Origin: a virus
Reading direction: 5' to 3' (one strand)
Length of the DNA stretch: 64,000 nucleotides
Virus record (IMG/VR): IMGVR_UViG_3300035633_000651
Coordinates: 1-64,000 of that record
Shown here: positions 21,264 to 31,015 of the stretch, piece by piece
How the letters are laid out: each line of letters opens with the position of its first letter
Position numbering within the stretch: position 1 is the stretch's first letter
Translations under genes and position numbers: made by a program
The notes under the pieces: model-generated
Seen by the model: the letters and a program-made list of their open reading frames with translations, nothing else
Told to the model about the DNA's origin: nothing
Database searches by the model: none

Positions 21264-21884
21264 TCCTGACAGACCCTGCTAGACTCCGGAGGTGCCGAAC
21301 CAGCCTCCCAAGAACCGTCCGTTCTGGCAGACGGTCGTGCTTACGCTGGCCACCGGCCTGGGCGGTGCGACGGCGGCCTACTTCGGCGCCACTCAGAACC
21401 AACCCTCAGCGCAGACTGTGGCCGCTGTGGACGCCAAGCAGGACAAGACCTGGGAGGTGACCCACCTGCTCCTCCAGAACATCCTGAGCGACCAGGAGCG
21501 CCTCCAACGGCAGGTGACACGCCTGAACGAACTCTGTACTGAGGGCGCGCAGGAGACGCCCTTCGACGAGGTGGAGGTCCCTCACCGTGACGTGCCGGAC
21601 CACATCGAGGTCGAGCCCGAGGCGGTCCAACGCAAGCTGGAGTCCTACTGATGGCCTTCTCGGTCGGCGACGAGGTGCTCCTCGACGTCACGGTGACCGC
21701 CGGGACCGAGATCCTCACGGACGGCGACACCCGCACCTGGGCCTTGCGGAACCACCGCACGCGTCCAGTGCGCATTCTCAGTTTCTCAGGGGATACGGTT
21801 GAGGTAGAGTTCCTCGACGCTTTGGGGCCAGCGTTCGGCCCGGACGGTTTCTACCCGACGCGGTTTTTGAGACCTCCCGTCTAA

Positions 21885-21955
21885 GCGGGTGCGGTGTGAT
21901 GGTCGCATCTCAGCTTGCCATGCTGAAGGTGAGGGTTCGATTCCCTTCACCCGCT
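21885..21955 (+). tRNA. tRNA-Gly(GCC)
   Basis: Loop TTGCCAT. Confidence 0.9.
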
Positions 21956-22117
21956 CACTGCCTGCTCTCATTCGGTCAGCCTCGGCTGGTCGCATGACCA
22001 GGACCCCGACGACCGGTCGGGTGTGGAGTTTGACTCCGAGGCGCCACGCGTACGGGGCGCTAGGCGAGACGAAGTGTTGGGGACGCCCGCACGGAGAATC
22101 TCACCACCGGTCCACAT

Positions 22118-22189
22118 GCTGGTCTAGCCGTCTGGGACGGCAGTGGTCTCATAAGCCACTAGAGCTGAGTTCGATTCTCAGGTCCAGCA
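22118..22189 (+). tRNA. tRNA-Met/Ile2(CAT)
   Basis: Loop CTCATAA. Confidence 0.85.
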
Positions 22190-22191
22190 AC

Positions 22192-22264
22192 GCAGGAGTG
22201 GCTCAGCGGCTAGAGCAGCGCTTTCACACGGCGACGACCGAGGGTTCGAGTCCCTCCTTCTGCA
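22192..22264 (+). tRNA. tRNA-Val(CAC)
   Basis: Loop TTCACAC. Confidence 0.85.
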
Positions 22265-22266
22265 AC

Positions 22267-22339
22267 CCACCGCGACGGCCTGGTCGGCCTGCGGCGCCTG
22301 ATAAGCGCGGTGTTCGAGGTTCGATTCCTCGGCGGTGGA
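22267..22339 (+). tRNA. tRNA-Ile(GAT)
   Basis: Loop CTGATAA. Confidence 0.8.
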
Positions 22340-22379
22340 CCACTTGACACATGCCGGAGCTAGCTCCACTGTCGGCGGG

Positions 22380-22943
22380 ATGAACCCGACGCACCTGCAG
22401 ATTCGCATCGAGCAGTGCTTGGCATTGGCCAAGGCGAGTCACTGCCCTCGCCGGAAGTTCGCAGCGCTCCTGCTTGACCCGGAGCGTAACGTCGTCCTGA
22501 TGGACGGCTACAACGGCCCGCCCCGCGGCAAACAGAAGCTCTGCGCGCGACTCTCGAACGGGGTCGAGTTCTGCGAGCGCGACGGCCTCGACCCACTGGC
22601 GTTCGAAGTCGAAGACACGACCGCGTATCGGTACGAGCTGCTGGAGCGGTACCCAGGTGTGCCGTCAGGGACGCACTACGAGCTGGGCTGCCACCACGCA
22701 GAGCAGAACGTCATCTGCAACGCGGCGGCGAACGGCGTCCGGACCCGAGGCGCCTGGATGATTATCAACGGCGAGCCGTGCATCATCTGTGCGAAGCTCA
22801 TTCACCACGCCGGCATCACCAAAGTCATCTGTGTGGGCGGCGGCTTCCGCGGACCCAACGGACTCGACTACCTCGAAGGTCACGACGTCGAGGTCGAGCT
22901 GGTGGACGGTCCGAAAGACCCCAGGTCAAGCCAGCTCGGCTAG
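22380..22943 (+). CDS. dCMP deaminase
   Basis: SHCPRR, GYNG, HAEQN, PCIIC. Confidence 0.9.
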   Translation: MNPTHLQIRIEQCLALAKASHCPRRKFAALLLDPERNVVLMDGYNGPPRGKQKLCARLSNGVEFCERDGLDPLAFEVEDTTAYRYELLERYPGVPSGTHYELGCHHAEQNVICNAAANGVRTRGAWMIINGEPCIICAKLIHHAGITKVICVGGGFRGPNGLDYLEGHDVEVELVDGPKDPRSSQLG

Positions 22944-23672
22944 CGGCTTGACGTACTTGCCGTTCTTCGGGGGTGGAGGTAGCGCAGCCTCGGCCGTTGC
23001 AGCGAACCTCAGGCAGACCCACTCACCGACCCGTCCGGTCCCGCGCTGCCACCACAAATCGACCACAGAGCCGTCGCGAGCGACGAAGCGCGTGTCGGAA
23101 GGAACGAGCCCCTCAGGCTGTACGCCGTTCACGACTTGCGAGAAGCGGCGCGTGGCGCTGGGCACGTCCTCGACGAAGACGAAGTCGGTGAACAGGCGCC
23201 CCTCGATGCGCTCTGGCGTCGTGCGAAGCCAGTCCGCGAAGCACTGGTTGGCTTCTACTACGCGGCCTTGCCAGTCCACGTAGAGCATCCCGGTCGGAGC
23301 GCCCTGGAAGGTGTGGTGGTCACGCGCTGCGATGGCGCGCTCCGCATCAGCCCTGCGCAGCTCGCGCAAGACTTGGAAGGCCTCGACGATGCCGTCGTGC
23401 AGATGAAACAGGAAGTAGAAGGCGGTCCCTGCAGCCCAAGCCGCGGTCACCGTCTTGGCGGTCACGTGCACGAGCATCAAGTCGGGCCAGACCTGACGTC
23501 CCGCTGCGACGAGCTGGGTGACGCCGAAGAGCAGGACCAAGACCGAGAAGGCGGACCATGCGTGTTGAACGCTTCGACTGCCTTCGGGCAGGTAGCTTCG
23601 GATCGAGAGCAGTGCCGGCCCCATCAGGAGGCAAGACACAGCGAGCAGTAGGTGGCTGTAGAACAAGATCAT
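22926..23672 (-). CDS. 3-TM sensor domain plus PAS domain, no output domain
   Basis: Three hydrophobic helices; PAS-like FQGAPTGMLYVDWQGRVVEAN...RDGS. Confidence 0.7.
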   Translation of the reverse strand: MILFYSHLLLAVSCLLMGPALLSIRSYLPEGSRSVQHAWSAFSVLVLLFGVTQLVAAGRQVWPDLMLVHVTAKTVTAAWAAGTAFYFLFHLHDGIVEAFQVLRELRRADAERAIAARDHHTFQGAPTGMLYVDWQGRVVEANQCFADWLRTTPERIEGRLFTDFVFVEDVPSATRRFSQVVNGVQPEGLVPSDTRFVARDGSVVDLWWQRGTGRVGEWVCLRFAATAEAALPPPPKNGKYVKPLAELA

Positions 23673-24046
23673 CTTTCGCGGCGGTTGACGCGGTCGGCCA
23701 GTCGACGACGCGCAACCCTCTCCTCTTTCAGTCCCTCTTCGAGCCCGCGGATGTCGCGCTCGACCACATCGAGACGGCGGTCGGCGTGCACTTCCTTCAG
23801 CTCTTGGAACTGACCTTTCAGTTCTCCAACCTCTAGCGTCAAAACCTGAATCTCGCCGCGCAGCGTGAACACGATCGCAGCGGCGCCCACGACCATGCTA
23901 GCGAACCAGCCCAGCCCCTGGGCGTACTCCAGGTACGTCTTGAAGACGGCCCCCGCTGAGGGAGGTGTAGGGGCGCCGGTAGAGGTCACGTCCCGTAGCG
24001 TATCACCGCGGCACGGGGTGTGCATAGGTCGATTCGGGGTTGACAC
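23669..24046 (-). CDS. Membrane-anchored coiled-coil protein
   Basis: One TM helix then heptad repeats. Confidence 0.55.
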   Translation of the reverse strand: MSTPNRPMHTPCRGDTLRDVTSTGAPTPPSAGAVFKTYLEYAQGLGWFASMVVGAAAIVFTLRGEIQVLTLEVGELKGQFQELKEVHADRRLDVVERDIRGLEEGLKEERVARRRLADRVNRRER

Positions 24047-24079
24047 GACCCTGCTTTCTGGGCATCCTGCCCAAACTTT

Positions 24080-24151
24080 GGTGCCTGGTGCTCCGTGGTG
24101 GAGCAGCCGGTTGTGGGCCGGCCAGGGCGAGTTCGATTCTCGTCAGGTACC
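24080..24151 (+). tRNA. tRNA-His(GTG)
   Basis: Loop TTGTGGG; G-1 and C73. Confidence 0.85.
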
Positions 24152-24226
24152 CTCGCTGGACCGAAGCACGACGGTTATCGCTCATGCCGACTCCCCCGTC
24201 ACTGCATCACCTTGTTCGGCAATTTT

Positions 24227-24299
24227 GGGACTGAAGTCTACTGGGTGGACGCTCCACTGTCTCTGGAGAATGAGGCGAGTTCGATTCTCGTCGGTCCCG
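24227..24299 (+). tRNA. tRNA-Asp(GTC)
   Basis: Loop CTGTCTC; G73. Confidence 0.85.
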
Positions 24300-24302
24300 T
24301 GT

Positions 24303-24377
24303 CGCGGAGTAGACTGGACGGGATCCAGCACCGGTCTCATAAGCCGGCCTATGCAGGTTCGAATCCTGCCTCCGCTA
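24303..24377 (+). tRNA. tRNA-fMet-like (CAT)
   Basis: C1 unpaired with position 72; loop CTCATAA. Confidence 0.85.
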
Positions 24378-24379
24378 AC

Positions 24380-24453
24380 GGCTGAGTAGCTCAGATGGTA
24401 GAAGCGGCGGTCTGAAGAATCGCGCGTCGGGGGTTCGAGTCCCTCCTCAGCCA
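24380..24453 (+). tRNA. tRNA-Phe(GAA)
   Basis: Loop CTGAAGA. Confidence 0.9.
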
Positions 24454-24917
24454 ACCTCCTCACGTCATGGACGACCTACAAGTCACGGCGCAGGCCAAAC
24501 ACAGCACCTCCTCAACGAAACGAGAAGAAGCGCCCGAGGTCGACGAGGGTGCCGCCAATGGGGTGCTTGACATGATGGCTGCAGCCGGCGCACGGGTAGA
24601 TGAAGAGCTTCGGACCGACGAGCGACTCGCCTGGGACAAGCTCGGCATCAAGCCGAAGAGGAGACGAAAGAATGCCCGCACATCTCGGTGATGGAACCTG
24701 CCTCGAAGAGACCCGCGATGCCATCCACGTTCACGTGTGGCCGAACGGGCGCACGCAGGCTGGCGACTACAAGACCTGGATCCCGAAGTCGGTCATCGCT
24801 GACGACTCGGACGTGGCAGCGAAGAACGACGTCGGCGACATCTTCGTCCGAACGTGGTTTGCTGAAAAAGAGGGCTTGCCACACACCTGAGCCTGTGCCA
24901 GGCTCACGACGCACGAC

Positions 24918-24990
24918 GCGCGACTGGCTGTACTGGAGTGCACGCTGTCTTGACACGGCAGAGGTCGAGGTTCGATTCCTCGGTTGCGCA
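24918..24990 (+). tRNA. tRNA-Val(GAC)
   Basis: Loop TTGACAC. Confidence 0.85.
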
Positions 24991-25000
24991 TGGGGAACCG

Positions 25001-25064
25001 AAGAGTACTTGGTTATCGCTTTTTTGGAACAAAAGGCCGGGCGGTTCGATTCCGTCATTCGTCG
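25001..25064 (+). tRNA. Atypical or degenerate tRNA-Ser(GGA)
   Basis: CTTTT-TTGGAAC-AAAAG; GGCGG-TTCGATT-CCGTC; no D stem. Confidence 0.5.
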
Positions 25065-25131
25065 CACCCGAAAGGGTAAAGATGGTTCTGGTCGCGACAA
25101 TCTCCGAGTCTCATAACTTGTTCTTCACTTT

Positions 25132-25203
25132 GGGCTGATGGTGAAACTGGGATCACACCTGCCTTGCAAGCAGGAATCCGGGGTTCGAATCCCCGTCGGT
25201 CCA
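25132..25203 (+). tRNA. tRNA-Ala(TGC)
   Basis: Loop CTTGCAA; G3:U70. Confidence 0.92.
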
Positions 25204-25205
25204 AC

Positions 25206-25336
25206 GCGAACCGAAGAAGATGGGTTACCGATGAACATCCGGGTGTCGCGAGGTGGAACTCCTCGCCAGCAGCTCAGGCTGCTGTAGCTCAGCACGAGAG
25301 CACCGGACCTGTGTTCCACTTCGTTCACTTGTTCGC
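25206..25336 (+). ncRNA. YrlA-like Y RNA (circularly permuted tRNA-like domain)
   Basis: Order is T arm, loop-closed acceptor hairpin, D arm, all within a closing stem. Confidence 0.75.
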
Positions 25337-25361
25337 TACTAATTCCCTGAACCGAAGACTT

Positions 25362-25433
25362 GCTCGGTTGGTGCAGTGGCTAGCATTCGCCTTTCGTAAG
25401 GGTGCGACGAGGGTTCGAGTCCCTCACCGAGCT
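25362..25433 (+). tRNA. tRNA-Thr(CGT)
   Basis: Loop TTCGTAA. Confidence 0.85.
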
Positions 25434-25480
25434 TCGAGGCTGCGCGCATCTTGTCTCGACCCGCGCGCAGCCTCGAATCT

Positions 25481-25553
25481 GCCCCTGTAGCATAATTGGA
25501 AGTGCACAGAGCTACGAACTCTGGTTGTGTCCGTTCGAGTCGGGCCGGGGGTG
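25481..25553 (+). tRNA. tRNA-Arg(ACG)
   Basis: Loop CTACGAA. Confidence 0.9.
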
Positions 25554-25606
25554 CAGGCTCGAACGCCCGAGCGTGGTAGGCGTGACAGTCGGAGAGACGA
25601 CACTTT

Positions 25607-25679
25607 GCCCGTGTAGCTCAGTGGAAGAGAGCGCAGGCCTCCGAAGCCTGGAGCGCTGGTTCGAGTCCAGCCACGGGTG
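25607..25679 (+). tRNA. tRNA-Arg(CCG)
   Basis: Loop CTCCGAA. Confidence 0.9.
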
Positions 25680-25683
25680 CTCT

Positions 25684-25755
25684 GCCCCTGGGGCGCACCG
25701 GAGCGCAGCCGGACTTCTAATCCGGTCCTAGCAGGTTCGAATCCTGTCGGGGGTG
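25684..25755 (+). tRNA. tRNA-Arg(TCT)
   Basis: Loop CTTCTAA. Confidence 0.85.
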
Positions 25756-25793
25756 CTTGACAAATTCCGTGGCTTGTCGTATTCGTCCCGCTC

Positions 25794-26153
25794 ATGGGAA
25801 ATCGCGCCAACGTCGAGCTGGTCTTCAACGACAACCAGTCCATCTTCATCTACGCCCACTGGGAAGGAAGTCGCATGGTGAACGTCCTGCACGACTCGCT
25901 GTCCAAGCGAGCCCGCTGGACGGACGACGAGTACCTGGCCCGCATCATCACGGGCGACATGATCAACAAGCTCGGCTACGCTGACGAGACCTCAGGCATG
26001 GGGTTGTCGCCGTCCCCGGTCGACGGTCGCATCGTCGCGCGGGTGCTGCTCGAAGAGCAACGCCTCACCGACGTCGAACTAGACGAGCACGGCATTTGGA
26101 GTGGCTCCTTCGAGGAGTTCGTATCTCGCCCCCGGCCGGAGAACGAGGGCTGA
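25794..26153 (+). CDS. Hypothetical phage protein
   Basis: MGNRA...IYAHWEG; follows TTGACA promoter at 25757. Confidence 0.7.
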   Translation: MGNRANVELVFNDNQSIFIYAHWEGSRMVNVLHDSLSKRARWTDDEYLARIITGDMINKLGYADETSGMGLSPSPVDGRIVARVLLEEQRLTDVELDEHGIWSGSFEEFVSRPRPENEG

Positions 26154-26402
26154 CATGACCAAGCAACGATCCCCCGCCGAAGTCCGCTTCTTGCAGCTCG
26201 CGACCGCCGTCGTGGAGACGCTCCACGAGGTAGGCGAGCCTGTTCCGAACGGGCACATCTACATGGCCCTGCAGCACAAGGGCGTCCAGCTGGACGAGCA
26301 CAATCAGCTGATGTCGACGCTCCAGCGCGCAGGGCTCGTCACGATCCAGTACGACTTCGTCCGCCTCACCGAGCGTGGGCAGGCGACCGCAGTGGCCGCT
26401 GG

Positions 26403-26918
26403 ATGATCCGGCTCCTCTTCCTCGACATCGACGGGCCGCTCACGACCGAGGAGTCGCGGACCGAGGCCGGCTATGAGGCGTTCGACTACCGTGCTGTCGA
26501 GGCGTTCAACTACCTGCTCTCGGCTGGCGACCCGCACCTGTGCGTCGTGCACAGCTCGTGGCGGAAGCTTCCCGAGCCGGGGCCAGGTGCCTGGGCCGAG
26601 GGTGGAGGCTACTTCTGGAGCCATCAACTCTGGCGGGAACTCTGCGCCAAGCAGGGGCTGAAGTGGAACCTCGCGCTAGAAGATGCGCCGTTCAAGTTCA
26701 GCTCGGACCGCGGTCATGAGATCGGCTTCTGGCTGGAAGCCAACCCGTGGGCCGAAGAGGGTGCGCGTCTCGTCATCGTGGACGACGACATGCACCTCAT
26801 CCGGCCGCACCCCTACGCGAGCTGGACGAACACGCTGCTCTTGGAGTGCGACGACGCGGGGGCCGGGTTCACGATGAGCCAAGCGCGGCAGGCGGTTGAC
26901 TTCTGGGAATCGCCCTAG
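26403..26918 (+). CDS. HAD-family phosphatase (RNA-repair type)
   Basis: LFLDIDGPL, HSSWR, IVDDD. Confidence 0.8.
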   Translation: MIRLLFLDIDGPLTTEESRTEAGYEAFDYRAVEAFNYLLSAGDPHLCVVHSSWRKLPEPGPGAWAEGGGYFWSHQLWRELCAKQGLKWNLALEDAPFKFSSDRGHEIGFWLEANPWAEEGARLVIVDDDMHLIRPHPYASWTNTLLLECDDAGAGFTMSQARQAVDFWESP

Positions 26919-27116
26919 GCATGTTAAAAGAGCCTGAACACCGCGCAGAGAATCAAGAGCACTACGGGACCCGCATCTCCCGCCTGTCCCCCTTCCGGGT
27001 GGGAGCCCGGACAGCCAGCGTCAGATGGCTTCGTGTTGCTTGGGACCGAGCACCAACGGTGAAGTGCCACCTGGGTTAGGCCGCCCCCAGCAGGTGAAAT
27101 GCGGCCAGCTGCGACC

Positions 27117-27365
27117 ATGAAGATGTCGAGACGCCGCCGGTTCCTCTACGCCAAGCACGGCGGCATCTGCCCTGCGTGCAACCGCTCGACCGTCCTGTTC
27201 GACACGAAACCCAGCGACCGAAAACGACTCGCCACCATCGACCACATCATCCCGCGGTCGAAGGGCGGCACCGACGCCTGGTCGAACCTTCAGTTCATGT
27301 GTCGCAAATGCAACTCGAAGAAGGGTGCTAGCCTACAACCGCCTGCACGACGCGCTTCTTCGTAA
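27117..27365 (+). CDS. HNH endonuclease
   Basis: CPAC...TIDHIIPRSKGG...NL..CRKCNSKK. Confidence 0.88.
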   Translation: MKMSRRRRFLYAKHGGICPACNRSTVLFDTKPSDRKRLATIDHIIPRSKGGTDAWSNLQFMCRKCNSKKGASLQPPARRASS

Positions 27366-27613
27366 CGTACAGCTGGATTCGGCAGGGGTCGTCCCCGTCG
27401 GGGGCTGGCCAGGTTTCGCGGTCGACCTGCCGAACGACGCAGTCACAACCGGCGGCGAAGATGGTGTACATCGCGGTCTCGTAGTCCTTCCCCACCACCT
27501 CAGCACCGAGCTGCTCCGTTGTGAAGTCGTCAGGCCACCAGGCCGGCCGAAGTCTCACGATTCTGAGTCTAGCACCCCTTGACCTCCCGTGTGCAGGTGT
27601 TGTCCCTTGGGGC

Positions 27614-28363
27614 GTGCGAATTCGGATCCTGTCTGACCTCCACTTTGAGTTCGAGCCGCCCGAGGTAACGGCCGACTTCAACGCGGCGCTCGCGTTGGAG
27701 GACACACCGGTCTGCATCTTGGCCGGCGATATCGCGACGGTGTCTTGCTTCGACCGCGTGGGTTGGCTCGCGCAGCGGTGGCCAGACACCGAGTTCCTGT
27801 GGACCTTCGGCAACCATGAGCTGTACGGCTCCTCCTTCGCCTCCGCGACGACAGCTGCCGAGGAGGTCATGGAGGACCTTCCGAACCTCCAGCTGTTCAA
27901 CCGCGCCGAGTTCGACCACCCGGAGGGCCCCGGTGCGATCATCGGGGCGACGCTCTGGTACCCGCCCGATGACATCCGAGGCTGGGTGAACTGGGCGGAC
28001 CGCCACCACATCCACAATCCCATTGAGCTGTTCTACGAGGCGGGGCGTGACTACGAGTACCTGAAGAGCAAGGTGCACGGGGACCATGTCGTCGTGACCC
28101 ACATGCTCCCGCACGAGCAGTGCGTCCAGCCGCCTTGGAAGGGCGAACGGTCCAACGCCTTCTTCGTCCACGATTGCTCAGACCTGCTCCTCCAGACCAA
28201 CTCTCACAATCGACCACCGCTGTGGATCCACGGGCACACGCACGAGTCAGTGAACGAGCGCGTCGGTGACACCTGGATCGTGTGCAACCCGCGCGGCTAC
28301 TACCCGGACAAGCGCAACCCCAACTTCGACCCGCTCTTCGAGATCGACACCGATGAACTGTAA
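27614..28363 (+). CDS. Calcineurin-like metallophosphoesterase
   Basis: SDLH, LAGD, GNHE, THMLP, HGHTH. Confidence 0.9.
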   Translation: MRIRILSDLHFEFEPPEVTADFNAALALEDTPVCILAGDIATVSCFDRVGWLAQRWPDTEFLWTFGNHELYGSSFASATTAAEEVMEDLPNLQLFNRAEFDHPEGPGAIIGATLWYPPDDIRGWVNWADRHHIHNPIELFYEAGRDYEYLKSKVHGDHVVVTHMLPHEQCVQPPWKGERSNAFFVHDCSDLLLQTNSHNRPPLWIHGHTHESVNERVGDTWIVCNPRGYYPDKRNPNFDPLFEIDTDEL

Positions 28364-29351
28364 GGCCTGCGCCCATCCACGGTGCGGGTGCCCGAACGAC
28401 CACAAGGACCCGCTCGGGGTCTGGGTCACCCGCCGCGAGACCAAACTGGCATCCTACTTGCTTCCATGAAGGCCATGCCAAAGCTGACCCTTGCGGACGA
28501 CACGCAGTGCGGCAATCCAGAGCACCCTCTGGGGGCTTGGCACCGAGCGTCACCCTTGCCGGGTCCGGGGCTCCGAGGGCTCCTGGAGAGCTTCAGGCAG
28601 CGTCTCCGGCGATGGGCGTGGGGCTGTGGGTGCGCACCGTGACCTGCAAGCCGCCCCTCGCCCCGCCCGAGCGAGACCCGGACGCCGAACCGGACGACTG
28701 CGAAGGCTGCCAGTACCACAGTTGGGGTGCGGGTTTCGACTCGTGGTGCGAGTACTACGAAGCCTACCTCGACGAGTACGAGCGACTCCCAAAGTGCATC
28801 AAGGAGCACGGACCGTGAGCTGGGTGGAGTGGCGCAACCCGCGCTCGGAGACGGACGACCTGCGCATGCTCACCCTCGAAGACGAGGACCTGGGATGCAT
28901 CACCGCAGAACTGGCGCGCATGCCAAACGGCGCCTGGCGACTCGAAGTCGTGCTCTACAGCGACGACGTCAAATTTCACCTGAACCAGATGAAGCTGGTC
29001 GGCGAACGCGTGTCCAAGGTCATGGTCGAGGAGACCAACCGTCTCGCGAGCGAGACGCCGGCCGTGCAGGTGGCCCGTAAGCTGGGCTTTGACCCTGCAG
29101 CCGCGCGACACACGCTCAGCGAGGGAGACATGCTGAAGGAGGAACTAGACCATGCCGACCCCGAATAGAGGCGTCCAAGTTGGCGCAGGTGTGGCTTGGG
29201 CGGGCGGCATGATCGGAACGTGGGTGAGGTCTGCGGTCTGGAGCGCCGTGGGTTTCGTCGTCGCCTTTCTCGGGCTCGGTCTCTTGTGGTACTCCGCTCG
29301 GCGAGGTCTAAGCGCGCTGGAGGATGACAAGTTCCCGACGCCGGAGGACCG

Positions 29352-30002
29352 ATGACACCCTGGCTACAGAACCACGCGCTGGCCGAGGCCGAGTGCCGGC
29401 TCGGCTGGACCTTCGAAGACTACGTGGCTGAAGTGCTGCGGGCTCGCGGGCTCGACGTCGAGCAGCCGCCGAAGTCATGGCGGGCCACGGTGAGTGACCG
29501 GCACAAGTATGCCAACGAGCTGGACCTCCTCGTCAACGGGCTGCGCTTCAGCGTGAAGTCTCGGCGGGTCGAGTTCACCGGGGACCCGGCCTCGATCCCG
29601 GACAACCGAAACCCACTCTTCGTCGACACGGTCCGAAAGTGGGACCAGCGGACGCCCGAGCCGGCGGCTGTGGTCTGCATCAGTCAGTTCACGAAGGGCA
29701 TCATCTGGACGCCGGTCGCGGACAAGCAGTATTGGCGGACCCGCTTCCGGTTCGACAACGTGCGGGGATTCTCCCAGGACTTCCTCGTGGCTGACCGCCA
29801 GCTCTGGCGGCCTCTGGACGACCTCGTGCACCAGACGCACCACGTCTGGGACGGGCACTGGAAGGTCAAAACAGGCGTTTTGGGGGTTGCCAGGAACCGC
29901 GTCGTGAGGGAAGATACAGACCCGAAGCTGCGGCATCTGGTGGGCACTCCGTTCCACCTGGTGATTCGTCACGCTTCGGCGAAACCGGAGAGGGCAGCAT
30001 GA
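29352..30002 (+). CDS. Possible PD-(D/E)xK nuclease-like protein
   Basis: FEDYVA...DLLV...SVKS. Confidence 0.45.
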   Translation: MTPWLQNHALAEAECRLGWTFEDYVAEVLRARGLDVEQPPKSWRATVSDRHKYANELDLLVNGLRFSVKSRRVEFTGDPASIPDNRNPLFVDTVRKWDQRTPEPAAVVCISQFTKGIIWTPVADKQYWRTRFRFDNVRGFSQDFLVADRQLWRPLDDLVHQTHHVWDGHWKVKTGVLGVARNRVVREDTDPKLRHLVGTPFHLVIRHASAKPERAA

Positions 30003-30457
30003 CGCTGTACTACATGATCGGCACGCAGCTCGACGAGCAGGAGTATTGCACCTCCTTCGCCGAGCCGCTGAATTCATCCTCTCTGGAAGACGCCATCAGC
30101 GAAGGCCACCACGCACTCGTCGAGGCGGCCTTTGATGACGAGTCGCCGTTCCCCTCGTTCCAGGACGTCGACGAGGCGCAGGTTGTCGCCATTGGCGAGC
30201 GCGCCGAACTCAACCTCGACCAGTGTCGGTCGATGTATGAGGTCCACAAGGCGCGACGCGCCGACTCTCAGGGAGAGTGGGAGCAGCGCTACGAGGAGCT
30301 TCGGGACGAAGTGGGGCACTGGCGGACCCTTCACCGCCGAGGCCAGGCACCGGCCGCTCAGGTGTCGTTGCTGGAGGACCGCCTTCACGCACACATCGCA
30401 GCGAAGCCTTGACACTCGTCTGAGTGTCAGGCTTTCTGACACTGCACGGGAGATGTC

Positions 30458-31015
30458 ATGGAAACGCTAGTTCTCGACCATTCCTACCTGCCTATCGACC
30501 GTGTTCGGTGGCAAGACGCCATGGTGAACTGGGCCTGCGAGAAGGTCGAGATCCTCGCGTCCTACTCGGACAGGATAATCCACCACGGGCTGGAGCTGTA
30601 CATGCCAGCCGTCGTGCGCTTTTTGAAGCCGACGCGGAAGCGCAAGAGAGTGATTCGGTTCAGCCGGGACAACATCTACCTGCGCGACAAGGGCCAGTGC
30701 CAGTACTGCGCTGTGAAGGTTCCGCGGTCCGAGTTCCAGTACGACCACGTGATCCCGCGAGCGCAGGGCGGCAAGACCTGGTGGACCAACATCGTCGTGG
30801 CCTGCCACGGCTGCAACCAGAAGAAGGGCCGCCGGACTCCCGCAGAGGCACGCATGCGCCTCATCCAGGAGCCGGTCGTGCCGAAGTCCCTGCCGGAACG
30901 GCGCAACCCGAAGCTCGTCTGGAGCCACGGTCTGCCTGAGGAGTGGAAGTTCTGGATGCCGACCCGTGACCAGGCAGCCTCGAAGCTGTACTGGGAGCAG
31001 GAGCTGGAGTCATGA
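30458..31015 (+). CDS. HNH endonuclease (McrA-like)
   Basis: SRDNIYLRD..CQYC..DHVIPR.QGG..W.N.V.AC..CN.KK. Confidence 0.9.
   Translation: METLVLDHSYLPIDRVRWQDAMVNWACEKVEILASYSDRIIHHGLELYMPAVVRFLKPTRKRKRVIRFSRDNIYLRDKGQCQYCAVKVPRSEFQYDHVIPRAQGGKTWWTNIVVACHGCNQKKGRRTPAEARMRLIQEPVVPKSLPERRNPKLVWSHGLPEEWKFWMPTRDQAASKLYWEQELES

Noticed and set aside
15980-25760. Many short ORFs overlapping tRNA genes, and long antisense ORFs throughout the window
   Set aside because: Shadow ORFs expected at high GC; better explained by tRNAs or opposite-strand genes
26971-27104. Assignment as 6S, RNase P, SRP or tmRNA
   Set aside because: Only short motif resemblances; overall fold and hallmark sequences do not match
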